A stretch of DNA of 64,000 bases, from assembly GCA_963812375.1 (NCBI GenBank), contig CAWEUW010000007.1, positions 560,535-624,534 on the forward strand. Reading direction: 5' to 3'. Below are positions 41,295 to 52,217 of the stretch, piece after piece (the stretch's first letter is position 1; each line of letters starts with the position of its first letter). The notes below the pieces were generated by a model that saw nothing but the letters and a program-made list of their open reading frames with translations, ran no database searches and was not told the DNA's origin. Made by a program: the position numbers and the translations under genes. The stretch is from an uncultured Acidimicrobiia bacterium. Its GTDB lineage: Bacteria; Actinomycetota; Acidimicrobiia; Spongiisociales; UBA5794.

Positions 41295-42790
41295 TCATGG
41301 CTGCGTCAGCCGGTAGGCGGCGTCGTTCCAGAGCAGCTCCTTGGCGAGCTGCCTGGCGTCGGTCCCCGCATCGATGACGACCAGCTCGACGCCGAGGATC
41401 CTGGCGTAGTCCTCGATGTGCTCGACGGTCACCGCCCGGCTGTGACACGAGTGGTGTGAGCCGCCGGCGAGGATCCACGCCTCGGCAGCGCTCGCCAGGT
41501 CGGGTTCCGGCTTCCACATCGACCGCGCCACCGGGAGGCCGGCATGCTCGCCGGTGGCGTGACGACCTCGACCTGAGCCACGGCCATGCGGAACCTGCTG
41601 ACCATGTCGACGACCGACACGTTGACGCTGGGTCCGGGCGGGCGTCGAAGACCAGCCTCACCGGGTCCTCCTTGCCGCCGATCGCCAATGGATGGACCTC
41701 ACATCGAGGTGTTCCGTCGGCGATCGAAGGGCACACCTCCAGCATGTGCGCACCGAGGGTCAGCGACCGTCTGGATCGAGGTGATAGGTGTAGTCCTCCA
41801 TGAAGCTTGTGCCGCCGTCGAGGCCGTGGGCCATGACCTTCATCGCCCGCACCATGGCCGCGGTCTTCCAGTCGCCTTCGGCGCCGAACCCGTAGCCGTC
41901 GGCCATGAGCCGTTGCGCGGCGATGCCGGTAGCTGCTTCAGGCCGTGGAGGTTCTCGAAGGTGTCGGTGAACGCGACGAAACCTCCCTCCTCGAGGAAGG
42001 ACGAAGGCCGAGCTCGATGCGGCGGCGTCACGGAGCGACCCCCGCCGGTCACCGTCGCTGCGGAGCTCCGGCGCATGTCGTAGGTGTCGTCGTACTCGGC
42101 GCACAGTTCGTCGACCTCGGCGTCGCCGAACTCGGAGATCCGCGTGGTCAGGTCACCCACGCCGTAGCCTTCGACGTCGTATCCGAAGACCCGCTGGAAC
42201 TCGACCTTGTCCCCCTCCGTGACCGCGACACTGCGCATGTTGTCGCCGAAGCGGGCGATGCGGGCGCCGGCGGCGTCGGCAACGGCGAAGGCGGCACGGG
42301 CCCACGAGCCGATCTTCTCGGCGACACGGGGCTCCGACCAGTGGCCGGCGACGATCTTGCGGCCGGGAGCGCAGGCGGCTGGCGATGTAGCCGAACTCGC
42401 GATCGCCGTGAGCGGCCTGATGGGCGTTCATGTAGTCGGCGTCGATGGTCGCCCACGGGATGTCGCGGAACGCCTGGGTGTGGAGGTGGAGGTAGGGCTT
42501 GTGGAGCTCCTCCAGCCCGCGGATCCACATGCGGCCGGCGAGAACGTGTGCATCCACAGGATGAGCCCGGCGCAACGCCGGTCGGCATTGGCCTCTCGGA
42601 CCACGTTGGCGATCACCTCGCCCGAGGTCATCACCGGCTTGTCGACGATCCTGAGGGGGATGTGGGGGCTGTCGTTGAGGCCCGACACGATCTGTCTGGC
42701 GTTGTCCGCGACCATCGCCAGCACCTCGTCTCCGTAGAGGAGCTGGCTGCCGGTGACGAACCAGAGTTCCGAGCCTCCTGGGTCGATCAT
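41295..42790 (-). CDS. araA: L-arabinose isomerase, frameshifted
   Basis: [80 protein letters not shown]. Confidence 0.95.
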
Positions 42791-43493
42791 GGCTTCCCCT
42801 GTCCGTAGTAGGCGTCGGTGCCGTGCTTTCGCTCGTGGTGTTTGGCCAGGATCCAGCCTTCGAGAGGGTCGGGCGGCACGCCGGTAAGCGCACCGGTGAG
42901 CAGCGGCCATGCGAGCGCAGGCCTCCAGCGCCACCGCGTTGTCGACGGCGGTGGAGGCATCGTCGCCCCAGACGAATGGTCCATGGCCGGCGGCGAGCAC
43001 CGCCGGGACATGGCGGGGGTCGATGTGGTGCGTGCGGAAGTGCTCCACGATCACCCGACCTGTATTGGCTTCGTACTCGTCGGCGACCTCGTCGGCGCGC
43101 AGCGGCCGGGTGACCGGCACCGCTCCGTCGAAGTGGTCGGCGTGCGTGGTGCCCAGACACTCCAGGGGCATCCGCGCCTGGGCGAACGCGGTCGCATGAG
43201 GGCTGTGGACGTGCACCATGCCGCCGACGCCGGGGAACTCCCGGTACAGCTCGAGGTGGGTGGGCGTGTCGATCGACGGCCGCAGCTCTCCGGCGACGAC
43301 GTCACCGGAGAGGTCGAGCACGACGAGTCGGCGGGAGTCATGTGCGGCGTAAGGGACGCCGCTCGGCTTGATGGCGATGAGGTCCCGTCCCGCCCGCTCA
43401 CGTTGCCCCAGGTGAGCGTGACCAGACCGCTCCTCCGGAAGGCGTGCGTTCTGAGCAGCACACGTACTCGCGGAGACGCGAGATGGCGGTCAC
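42787..43493 (-). CDS. araD: L-ribulose-5-phosphate 4-epimerase, frameshifted
   Basis: [60 protein letters not shown]. Confidence 0.9.
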
Positions 43494-43497
43494 CCGG

Positions 43498-45160
43498 TCA
43501 CCTCGTCCCGGATCGATGGAGAGCCTTCATCACGCCGTAGAGGTCCCGTGCACCGGGCCGGCCGAACGCGTCGTGCAGGTCTCGGTACAGCTCGTAGAGC
43601 TCGGCGTAGACGGCGACCGCAGCCGGGTCCGGGTCGACCACACGCTCGGGTGCGGGGACCATCGCCGCCTGGGCCTGCTCGGTGGACGGGTGCACACCGG
43701 CGGCGACGCTGGCGAGGATGGCGGCGCCGACGGCGCAGGTCTGCGACGTCCCCGCGAGCTCGATCGCTGCGCCCGGTGACATCGGCGTAGATCCGGACGA
43801 CAGGTCGCTCTTCTTGGCGATGCCCCCGCGTCAGCACGATCCGATCGGATGGGCACGCCGTTGGCCTCGAACTGCTCGATGATGCGCTGGGCGCCGAACG
43901 CGGTGGACTCGACGAGCGCCCGGTAGAACTCGGCGGGCGTGGTCGACAGCGTCATCCCGACCATGCTCCCGAGAGCAGGGGATCGACGAGGACGGACCGG
44001 TTGCCGTTGTGCCAGTCGAGGCCGAGCAGGCCACACGCGCCGGGCCGAGCTGCGCGGCCTCGGCGTCAGCTCGTGCGAGCTGCGCCCCGGTGCCGTACTG
44101 CGCCGGTGCGAGGGTGGCACGAACCAGTTGAAGATGTCGCCCACCGCCGATTGCCGGCCTCGAGACCGTACATGCCGGGCATGATCGAGTCGGGGACGAT
44201 GCCGCACAGACCGGGGATGGCGGCCAGCTTCTGCGAGAGCGCGCCGCATCATGTCGCAGGTGCTGGTGCCGATGATCTTCACCAGCGTGCCCTGGCCACG
44301 CCCGGCGCCAACGGCGCCGATGTGGGCGTCGAACGCACCGGCGGCGACGGTGATACCGGCTTCCAGACCCAGCTCCTCGGCGAGCTCGCCGGTCAGACCT
44401 CCGATGGACGTGTCGGCGGCCTGCGCCACGGTCGAGTAGCGGAAGCTGCCCATCCCGGGCTCGATGCCGTCGAGGAAGGCGACCGACGGCAGTCCACCCC
44501 ACTCCTCGTCGTACATCGCCTTGTGGCCGGCGGGGCAGATTCCACGGGCCATGGTGGCCGGGTCCAGCCGTCCCGCCAGATATCCGGGAACGAAGTCGGC
44601 GAGCTCGACCCATCCGTGCGCCGCCTCGCGGACGTCGCGGTCGGCGCTACGCAGGAAGTGAGCAACTTCGCCCAGTACCACTCACTCGAGTAGGTGTCGC
44701 CGCACGGCCCCAGGTAAGGAAGCCCGTCGCGGAGCACCTTCTCGTTGATCTCTCCCGTCTCGACGTGGGATGTGTGGTCCTTCCACAGCCAGGTCAGGGC
44801 GTCGACGTCGTCGGCGAAGCGCTCCTGCAGCGCCAGGGGGATCCCTTGGGCGTCCACCGGTATCGGGCTCGAACCGGTCGTGTCCACCCCGATACCGACC
44901 ACGCGGGCGGCGATCGAAGCCGTTCGCCTCGGCGGCCGCCAGACAGCGTTGCACCGAGAGGCGGAGGCCGTCCACATAGTCTTGCGGCGACGGCGGGCGA
45001 GATGGCGGTTCCCCGACACGGTCACCGCACCGTCGGTGCCGTGGCGGTAGACGTACTCTCCTTCGCCCAGTTCGTCGCCGCTGACGGTGTCGACGACCAC
45101 GGCGCGGACGCTCGCCGTCCCGTAGTCGATGCCGATCGTCGCCGGGTCCGTCGCTCCCAT
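43498..45160 (-). CDS. araB: Ribulokinase (FGGY family), frameshifted
   Basis: [44 protein letters not shown]...[30 protein letters not shown]. Confidence 0.9.
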
Positions 45161-45191
45161 CGTCCTGAACCTTCCGTAGGCGGCTCGGTAC

Positions 45192-45217
45192 TGTTAATGC
45201 TCCCGTTAACGATAACA
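45192..45217. promoter_or_regulatory. Tandem LacI-type operator between araB and the LacI regulator
   Basis: TGTTAATGCTCCCGTTAACGATAACA; contains a GTTAACGATAAC core; 16 bp identical to the site at 41195-41210. Confidence 0.75.
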
Positions 45218-45287
45218 TCTCAACACAAATCGGGTAGGCTGACAATGCCGTTCCTCTCAGAGCGGTTCAGCCGACGGAGAAGCGGGG

Positions 45288-46327
45288 ATGGTGGAGCCGC
45301 ACCACAGAGTCACCATCAAGGACGTGGCGGCGTACTGCGGAGTGTCGACGCAGACGGTGTCCCGGGTCATGAACGACCGCCCCGACGTCGCCGCCGAGAC
45401 GAGAGAGCGGGTCGAGAGGGCCATCGCCGTGCTCGGCTACCGGCCCAGTGCCGTTGCTCGGACACTGGTGGCTAGGCGCAGCAACGCCATCGGCGTTCTC
45501 CTCGCCGGGACGGGATACACCGGCACCGTGCTCACCCTGCAAGGCATCGTCGACGAGTCGGTCAACCTCGGGCTCACCGTGCTGATCGCCGAGCTACCCG
45601 AAGGGGACAGCCTCGACGATCCCCGTCCTGCGATCTCCGCCCTGGTCGAGCGCCACGTCGACGGCATCATCATGTCGGTTCCTGCCATCGGCCATGCGGT
45701 CGACCGCATCAAGGCGGTGCTTCCCGAGCATCGAGAGCCGGTGGTGTTCGTCAAGGTGGGTGTGTCCGAGCGGCACTCCAGCGTGTTCATCGACAACGTC
45801 GCCGCCGTTGAGGAAGTCATCGATCATCTCGTGTCGATCGGCAGAACCCGCATCGCCCACATCTCCGGTCCGTCCAACTGGCATGAAGCACGCGACCGCC
45901 GCCGGGTTGGGAGGGGAGGCTGGCGGTTCACGGCTTGGAGACGGAGGAGGCCATGTGCGAGGAGGGCGACTGGTCTCCTCGTAGCGGAGCCATCGCCATG
46001 AGAGCCCTTCTCGACCGCGTCCCGGATCTCGACGCCGTGGTGGCCGCCAACGACAGGATGGCGCTCGGGGCGATGCACACCCTCCGGGCTCGAGGACTCC
46101 GCATTCCCGAGGACGTGGCGATCACCGGATTCGATGACATCGACGAGGCCGCGTGGCTCACTCCACCGCTCACCTCGGTAGCGCAGCCCCTCGCCGAGAT
46201 GGGCAGGCAGGCCGTCCGCAGGCTGCGGGCGGAGTTCGACGGCAACACGTCACCGCCCGTCGCCATCACGCTGAGCGCCGAACTGATGATCCGCCAGAGC
46301 ACGATCGGCGTTCCCCCACCTCGGTGA
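45288..46327 (+). CDS. LacI family transcriptional regulator (arabinose locus), frameshift near 45910
   Basis: VTIKDVAAYCGVSTQTVSRV.N HTH, Y.P...AR.L, ND.MA.GA, IPEDVA.TGFDD, PPLT.V.QP..EMG. Confidence 0.9.
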
Positions 46328-46451
46328 CGGGCCCTGAAGTCGACGACGCGAGCCACCGGCTGAAGTGGTGAGCCTACGTAGGCGTAGTGGACATCTCGGA
46401 AACCATTGAGACCCAACGGTGTCCGGCCGGAATCGGTGGGGCTCGAGGGGA

Positions 46452-46503
46452 GGTCAGGGGCGGGGTCGAACGGCCGGACCTCCGGTTTTCCAGCCGGGCA
46501 CTC
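46452..46503 (-). mobile_element. Degenerate duplicate of the 3' part of tRNA-Phe (attR-like site)
   Basis: GGTCAGGGGCGGGGTCGAAC is identical to 49113-49132, and the match continues with about 6 differences to 49163; direct orientation, downstream of the tRNA. Confidence 0.8.
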
Positions 46504-46642
46504 GGTTATCCGAAACCCGTTGATATCAAAGGGTCTGTTGACCATGGATCGGACCGGACGGCGGAGATCTACAACGTGAACGCCGACGGGAAGATCACCC
46601 ACCGCCGGCCGTTCTCGGACGTCACACCCAGGCCATCATCGA

Positions 46643-47490
46643 CTACTTCGGATCGCCGGGCTGAGCCGCTGCCCCTGATGGCACCGGCGTCGAGCTGAAC
46701 AGCTCGTAGCCGTCGAAGAAGCATTCGAGGAACCGGCCCTCGGATATGTCGGTGAGGGTAACCCAGTCATCCCGGCCGTCGAGGCGGCCGATCTGAGAGC
46801 CGTGGCAGGCGAGGGCCGCCCGCTTGGTCGCCGCCAGGTCGCCGATGGGAACGGCCCAGTCGAACTCGCTCCACGCCGGCAGAAGCGCCAGCGACCGGCG
46901 CCATTGGCCCGGGGTCAGCCGGCCCCGTCGGTTGCGGGCGACATCGGACCACCGCACCCATGGCCAGTGGTTCCACAGCCAGACGGGGTACTGCCGTACC
47001 TGAGGTTGCGGGTGAGCTCCCCGCACCGCGGCGGCCACGACCCGGAACGCGGCGGCGTGGTCGCGGTGTGGCTCGGTGGCGGCGGTCACCAGCACCTCGA
47101 TGGGCCGGCGTTCGGCCAGGATCTCTCCCAGGGCGGAGCCGGCATCGTCGACGTGGCGGGCGAGTCGGCCGTCGGGTCGGTCGAGGAAGGTCACCGCATC
47201 CTCGGCGACCCCGAGTCTGGCGCATGCGGCCAACCCTTCTTGACGCCGGAGGGCGCGAGCCGATCGGATCCGAACTGGGGGTGGGAGGCGGCGCCGTCGG
47301 TGAGGAAAACGACCGCCACCTCGGCGCCGAGACGTCGCTTAGCCGCGATCAACACGCCACACCCCAGGGTTTCGTCGTCGGGGTGAGGCGCCACCACGAC
47401 CGTGGGCACCATCAACTCGGTCGGCGACGCCACCGTCGCCCGGCGCGCCAGCACCGCCTTGGCCACCCTCCGGGCCACCGATCCACTCAT
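46643..47490 (-). CDS. PIG-L/LmbE family deacetylase (frameshift near 47235)
   Basis: VVAPHPDDETLGCG, FLTDG..SH, FLD.PDG.L, PH.DH, YPVW, KRAAL.CH.SQ. Confidence 0.9.
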
Positions 47491-47516
47491 CGTCTCCCTC
47501 TCGGTCGAAGGCTCAT

Positions 47517-48665
47517 TCAACCGGCTGACCGGCGGCGAGCGGCCACCACCTCCTCGTACAGGTGCGCCAGACGTGCCACCTGGACGCCGAGGTTGAAGTC
47601 GGCGACGACCCGGGCCCGACCTCGCGCCGCCATCGTCCGCGCCATGTCGACGTCATCCAGGATCGCACTGACCGCGGCGGCGAACTCGTCGGGATCCGTC
47701 GGGTCGACCAGGAAACCGGTTACCCCGTCTTCGACGTACTCGGCGGTCACCGGGAGCCGGGACGCCACCACCGGGGTGCCGGCGGCCATCGCCTCGAGAG
47801 GGGCCAGCCCCAATCCTTCCACCCTGCTGGGGAACACCAGGACATCGGCGAGTTGGAGCAGCGGCACCACGTCGTCGACCCAACCCAACAGCCTGAAGTG
47901 CTCGCCGAGCCTGTGTGCTTCCAACGATTCGGCCAGCTGGCGGCGCGTCGGGCCGTCGCCGCAGACGACCAGCACGCTGTCGGGGGCCTGGCGCCGGACG
48001 AGGTCCATCATCGGGACCAACGTCTCGGTCCGCTTCAGCGGCACCAGCCTGCCGACGTACAGGACAATTCGCCGGCCTTCGAGCTGGAGCCGGTCGGCCA
48101 GGGCGGCCAACTCGGCTTCACCGGCGGGCGTGCCGAAACGCTTGACGTCGACGCCGTTGTGGAGCACGACCAGCGGACACGACACCATCGGGGCGTATTG
48201 GTCGGCGACGGCCTGGGACACCGCGACGGCCCGAGACACACCGCGGTTGTAGGCGAGGCGGAAGTGCATGCGCCGCCTCAGCCCCCGGTACCCGGCTCGA
48301 GTCGCAGTGGGCCAGAACCCGTGGATGTGGGTGACCTTCGGGACGCCGGCGAGCCGCGCCGCCGGGTGACCCACCAGCTTGGGGAGCATCTCGTGGGTGT
48401 GGACCAGGTCGACACCCGTAGCGCGGATTCGGCGTGCGATGTCGATGACGGTGAGCGGCGACCGGCCCGGCCGGTGGTCGAGGAACGTGGTCTCCATGCC
48501 GGCGGCCCGATAGGGACCGACCATGTCGTGAGGGGGACGCAGGTACACCAGGCTCATCTCGACGTTATGGGCTGGCATCCGCCGGGCGAGCTCGACGATG
48601 AGGCGCGGCCCGCCGCCGTCGGCGAGGTTTAGCTGCACATGAAGCACCCTGATCAGGCCGCTCAT
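47517..48665 (-). CDS. GT4 glycosyltransferase
   Basis: GGG, V.AVS..VA, LHNGVD, VGRL.P.K, GDGP, PSR.EG.GL..LEAMAAG.PVVAS, G.TGFLV.P. Confidence 0.9.
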   Translation of the reverse strand: MSGLIRVLHVQLNLADGGGPRLIVELARRMPAHNVEMSLVYLRPPHDMVGPYRAAGMETTFLDHRPGRSPLTVIDIARRIRATGVDLVHTHEMLPKLVGHPAARLAGVPKVTHIHGFWPTATRAGYRGLRRRMHFRLAYNRGVSRAVAVSQAVADQYAPMVSCPLVVLHNGVDVKRFGTPAGEAELAALADRLQLEGRRIVLYVGRLVPLKRTETLVPMMDLVRRQAPDSVLVVCGDGPTRRQLAESLEAHRLGEHFRLLGWVDDVVPLLQLADVLVFPSRVEGLGLAPLEAMAAGTPVVASRLPVTAEYVEDGVTGFLVDPTDPDEFAAAVSAILDDVDMARTMAARGRARVVADFNLGVQVARLAHLYEEVVAARRRSAG

Positions 48666-48781
48666 TGCGGACCCCCCATCTCCCTCGATGTCAGAGTAGC
48701 CAACCGACCAGGATCTGGGTCGAGACTCACATCTGCGAAGCCGGTTGCCTAGCCTTCACCGCCACCGTCGGGGAGGTCGCG

Positions 48782-49000
48782 GTGCCGGTGACGCGGATCG
48801 GTTCGTACAACGTCGAGAACATGTTCGACCGGGCCAAGGCGATGAACCACGAGTCCTGGGAGGTGAGCGGCCCGCTCCTCGCCGCCCACAGCGCGGCTCA
48901 ACGAGTTGATCCGGGCCGACATCTAAGACCAGCCGACGAAGGACGAGATGCTCGGCCTGCTCGACAAGCTCGACCTGCTCCGCTCCGGGGCCGCACAAGG
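48782..49000 (+). pseudogene. N-terminal fragment of an endonuclease/exonuclease/phosphatase (EEP) family gene
   Basis: GGGGAGGT RBS, TRIGSYNVENMFDRAKAMN (EEP YNVEN motif), then indel and stop; truncated just before the tRNA-proximal arm. Confidence 0.55.
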
Positions 49001-49111
49001 ACGAGGAGCGCGCGAAACGCTGCGAAATACCGAGTGAGGTCGTAGGTGGAGCCGAAGCCGGAAAGCATTGCCACAACGGTTTGCGGGGCGGGATCGTTGT
49101 GGCGCTTGGGG

Positions 49112-49184
49112 TGGTCAGGGGCGGGGTCGAACCGCCGACCTCCGGTTTTTCAGACCGGCGCTCTACCAGCTGAGCTACCTGACC
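49112..49184 (-). tRNA. tRNA-Phe (GAA)
   Basis: Minus strand GGTCAGGTAGCTCAGCTGGTAGAGCGCCGGTCTGAAAAACCGGAGGTCGGCGGTTCGACCCCGCCCCTGACCA; anticodon stem CCGGT/ACCGG with GAA; CCA not encoded. Confidence 0.97.
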
Positions 49185-49215
49185 GGGTTCGGAGGGCTCC
49201 CTCCGGGGATATGGG

Positions 49216-49290
49216 CGGGAGCGACGGGATTTGAACCCGCGACCTCCGGCTTGACAGGCCGGCGTGAACTCCAGGCTTCACCACGCCCCC
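49216..49290 (-). tRNA. tRNA-Asp (GTC)
   Basis: Minus strand GGGGGCGTGGTGAAGCCTGGAGTTCACGCCGGCCTGTCAAGCCGGAGGTCGCGGGTTCAAATCCCGTCGCTCCCG; anticodon GTC. Confidence 0.97.
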
Positions 49291-49368
49291 ATGGCGTCGA
49301 CCCGCGGTCGGTCCGGGTCAGCGGGAAGTATAGGCGGCACCCGCCCGATGCCCGCAGGGCCGGTCGCC

Positions 49369-50545
49369 TCAGACCGGCGACCAGACCACCCAGGCACCCT
49401 CGGTGACGAACGTGCTCTCGCCGCTCTCGACGTCGTAGCGCCAGATGCCCTCCCGGTCGTCCATCTCCCCGGGAAAGGCGAACGAACCACTGTCGGGGGA
49501 CCACAGCGTCATGCTGCGGGCGTACTGGTCGTGGAACGGCATGTAGTCCTCGACCCAGTGCGGCGACGGGGCGAACTCGGGCCCCTCCACGAGGCCGTCC
49601 TCCTCCGACCAGACCGACCAGCGGACCCGTCCCGGCGCCGGGCCCATTCCCATCACCAGCAGCTTCTCGCCGTCGGGGCTCCACATGAACACCGCCACCG
49701 GCTCGCTGGTCACCTCGGTGACGGTCCCGTCGGCGAGGTCGACGACCGAGAGCGTGTTGGGCTCCAGCATCTCCTGGACCAGCGCCGCCGAAACGGCATC
49801 GGGACCCCCCGGGAGCAGGCTGAACACCGCCAGGCGCTCGCCGGCGGGGTCGGCGACGAACGACACCAGGCCGTCGGTTCGGGCGATGACCTCGGTGTCG
49901 CCGCTCCTCGTCGGCGAGGACGATCTCGCTGGCGGTCCCATCGTCGCCGCCTGAGATGGTGAGGATGCCCTGGTCGATCCACTGCGGGGCCTGGTAGATC
50001 CCCGGGTCCACACCGACCTCGTCGATCTCGCCGTCGAGGTCGATGAAGTCGAAGCGATCTCTCCCGACATGGCTGGCCACCCGTTCCCCGTCGGGCCGCC
50101 AGTCGAAGTAGTAGGAGCTCCCGGTGTCGAGCGTGGAGATGGTGACACCGTCTTCTTCGATGGTGGCGGTCTCGAAGGCGAGCCCGGAGCCGTCGTTGCG
50201 CAGCAGCCCGAGCCGGTCGCCCACCGGCGCCCACGACAGGTAGAACGGGTTGGCCTCGACCTCGGTCAACGAGACCTCGCCCGAGGCGACATCGGCGACC
50301 GCCAGGGCGAAGCTCGAGCTACTCGTCGATCCCCAGGCGATCCGGGTGGCGTCGGGGGACCACACCGGCTGGAAGGCGGACGTGCCCTCCTCACTGAGCA
50401 CGGTCAGGTCGGAGCCGTCCGGTTCGACGGTGACCACCCGGCCCTCTCGGTCGACCACGACCAGCCGGTCCACCGGCGCCGAATCCCCACCGGAACAGGC
50501 GGCGACCAGAGCCAGCGCCAGCACCGCGGCCAACCTTCGCATCAT
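49369..50545 (-). CDS. TolB-like/PD40 beta-propeller lipoprotein (frameshift near 49920)
   Basis: MMRRLAAVLALALVAAC lipobox; repeated P.WSPD / WAP.G / WRPDG / WSPDG blades. Confidence 0.8.
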
Positions 50546-50729
50546 CCCTCCCGGCTCGGAGCCTACCGACCGGCGCCTCTGGCATCGGGGGCGCGGCCGA
50601 TCCGGCAGCCGCCGAGGGTACGGGGCGGCGCGACGATCCGGTTCGGGCGGTGGCCGGCGCGCCGGGAACGCAGCGTCGATGCGGCGGTCATGGCCCCCGG
50701 CAAGAGGCGCCTGCGTACACTCGCCGGAC

Positions 50730-52217
50730 ATGGCGCAGACGTTCTCCGAGGCGTTCGCCGACGCCGGGCCCCGGCCCCACTACGTCGCCCTGCTGCGCCG
50801 CCTCGACGAGATCGGGCCGGAGGAGCTCAACGAGCGGGCCAAGCGCATCGACTCGATCTTCCGCGCCACAGGGATCACCTTCGCCGTCGCCGGCCGCGAG
50901 GAGGGGCTGGAGCGGACCTGGCCGATGGACATCGTCCCGAGGATCATCCCGGCGCACGAGTGGGACGTGATCGAGGCCGGGCTGATCCAGCGGGTCGACG
51001 CCCTCAACCGGTTCCTCGACGACCTCTACGTCGGCGGGCAGGAGATCATCGGCGACGGGATCATCCCCCGCTGGCTGGTCGAGTCGGCCGACGGCTACCT
51101 GCGTGAGGCCCACGGCATCCCGGCCACCAAGGGCGCCCGGTGCGTGGTCGCCGGCATCGACCTGGTGCGCGACGCCGAGGGGACGTACCGGGTGCTCGAG
51201 GACAACCTCCGGGTCCCCAGCGGGGTCTCCTACGTGCTGGAGAACCGGGTGGCGATGAAGCGGGTGCTCCCCACCGCCTTCGCCCACCACGCGGTGCGCC
51301 CGGTGAACCACTACGGCAAGCTGCTGCTCGAGGCGCTCACCAGCATCGCCCCACCCGCCGCCGGCGACCCCACCGTGGTCGTGCTCACCCCCGGGGTGGC
51401 CAACTCCGCCTACTTCGAGCACGCCTTCCTCGCCCGGCAGATGGGGGTCGAGCTGGTCGAGGGCCGCGACCTCGTCGTCGAGGACCACGTCGTCTACCTC
51501 CGCACCACGGAGGGTCTGTCCCGGGTCGATGTCGTCTACCGGCGGGTCGGTGACGAGTTCCTCGACCCGGTGGTGTTCCGACCCGACTCGATGCTCGGGG
51601 TGCCCGGGCTGATGGCGGCGGCGCGGGCCAACAACGTCACCATCGCCAACGCCGTCGGCAACGGCGCCGCCGACGACAAGGCCGTCTACGCCTACGTCCC
51701 CGACATGATCCGCTACTACCTGGGAGTCGAGCCGATCCTCCCCAACGTGACCACATATCTGCCATGGGATCCCGACCAGCGGGAGATGGTGCTCGACCGG
51801 CTCGACCAGCTGGTGGTGAAGCCGGTGGCCGAGTCCGGCGGGTACGGCATCGTCATCGGGTCGCAGGCGTCCGACCAGGAGCTCGCCGAGGTCGCCGCCG
51901 CCGTCTCCGCCAACCCGCGGGGCTACGTGGCCCAGGAGGTCGTCCAGCTGTCCACCTCCCCGACGCTGGTCGACGGGGTGCTCCAGCCCCGCCACGTCGA
52001 CCTGCGGCCCTTCGTGCTCAGCGGGGAGCGGATCGAGGTGATCCCCGGCGGTCTCACCAGGGTCGCCCTGCCCGAGGGCTCGCTCATCGTCAACTCGTCA
52101 CAGGGCGGCGGCTCCAAGGACACCTGGGTGCTCGACCACGCAGGGTCGCCGCCGGGAAGCCCGCGGCGGGATGAGCCCGATGCCGAGGAGGTAGCCCGTG
52201 CTGGCCCGGCACGCTGA
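50730..52217 (+). CDS. Circularly permuted type 2 ATP-grasp protein
   Basis: GITF...ER..P.D..PRII, G..QRV.ALN.FL.D.Y, GIDLVRD..G...VLEDN.R.PSG.SY.LENR, VVLTPG..NSAYFEH.FLA..MG, DDKA.Y, KP...SGGYG, PRHVDLRPF, PGGLTRVAL..GSL.VNSSQGGGSKDTWV. Confidence 0.95.
   Translation: MAQTFSEAFADAGPRPHYVALLRRLDEIGPEELNERAKRIDSIFRATGITFAVAGREEGLERTWPMDIVPRIIPAHEWDVIEAGLIQRVDALNRFLDDLYVGGQEIIGDGIIPRWLVESADGYLREAHGIPATKGARCVVAGIDLVRDAEGTYRVLEDNLRVPSGVSYVLENRVAMKRVLPTAFAHHAVRPVNHYGKLLLEALTSIAPPAAGDPTVVVLTPGVANSAYFEHAFLARQMGVELVEGRDLVVEDHVVYLRTTEGLSRVDVVYRRVGDEFLDPVVFRPDSMLGVPGLMAAARANNVTIANAVGNGAADDKAVYAYVPDMIRYYLGVEPILPNVTTYLPWDPDQREMVLDRLDQLVVKPVAESGGYGIVIGSQASDQELAEVAAAVSANPRGYVAQEVVQLSTSPTLVDGVLQPRHVDLRPFVLSGERIEVIPGGLTRVALPEGSLIVNSSQGGGSKDTWVLDHAGSPPGSPRRDEPDAEEVARAGPAR

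Noticed and set aside
46387-46698. 103-aa ORF from the track
   Set aside because: It runs across the att-like tRNA fragment and palindrome; no recognisable family, although the last third could be a gene remnant.
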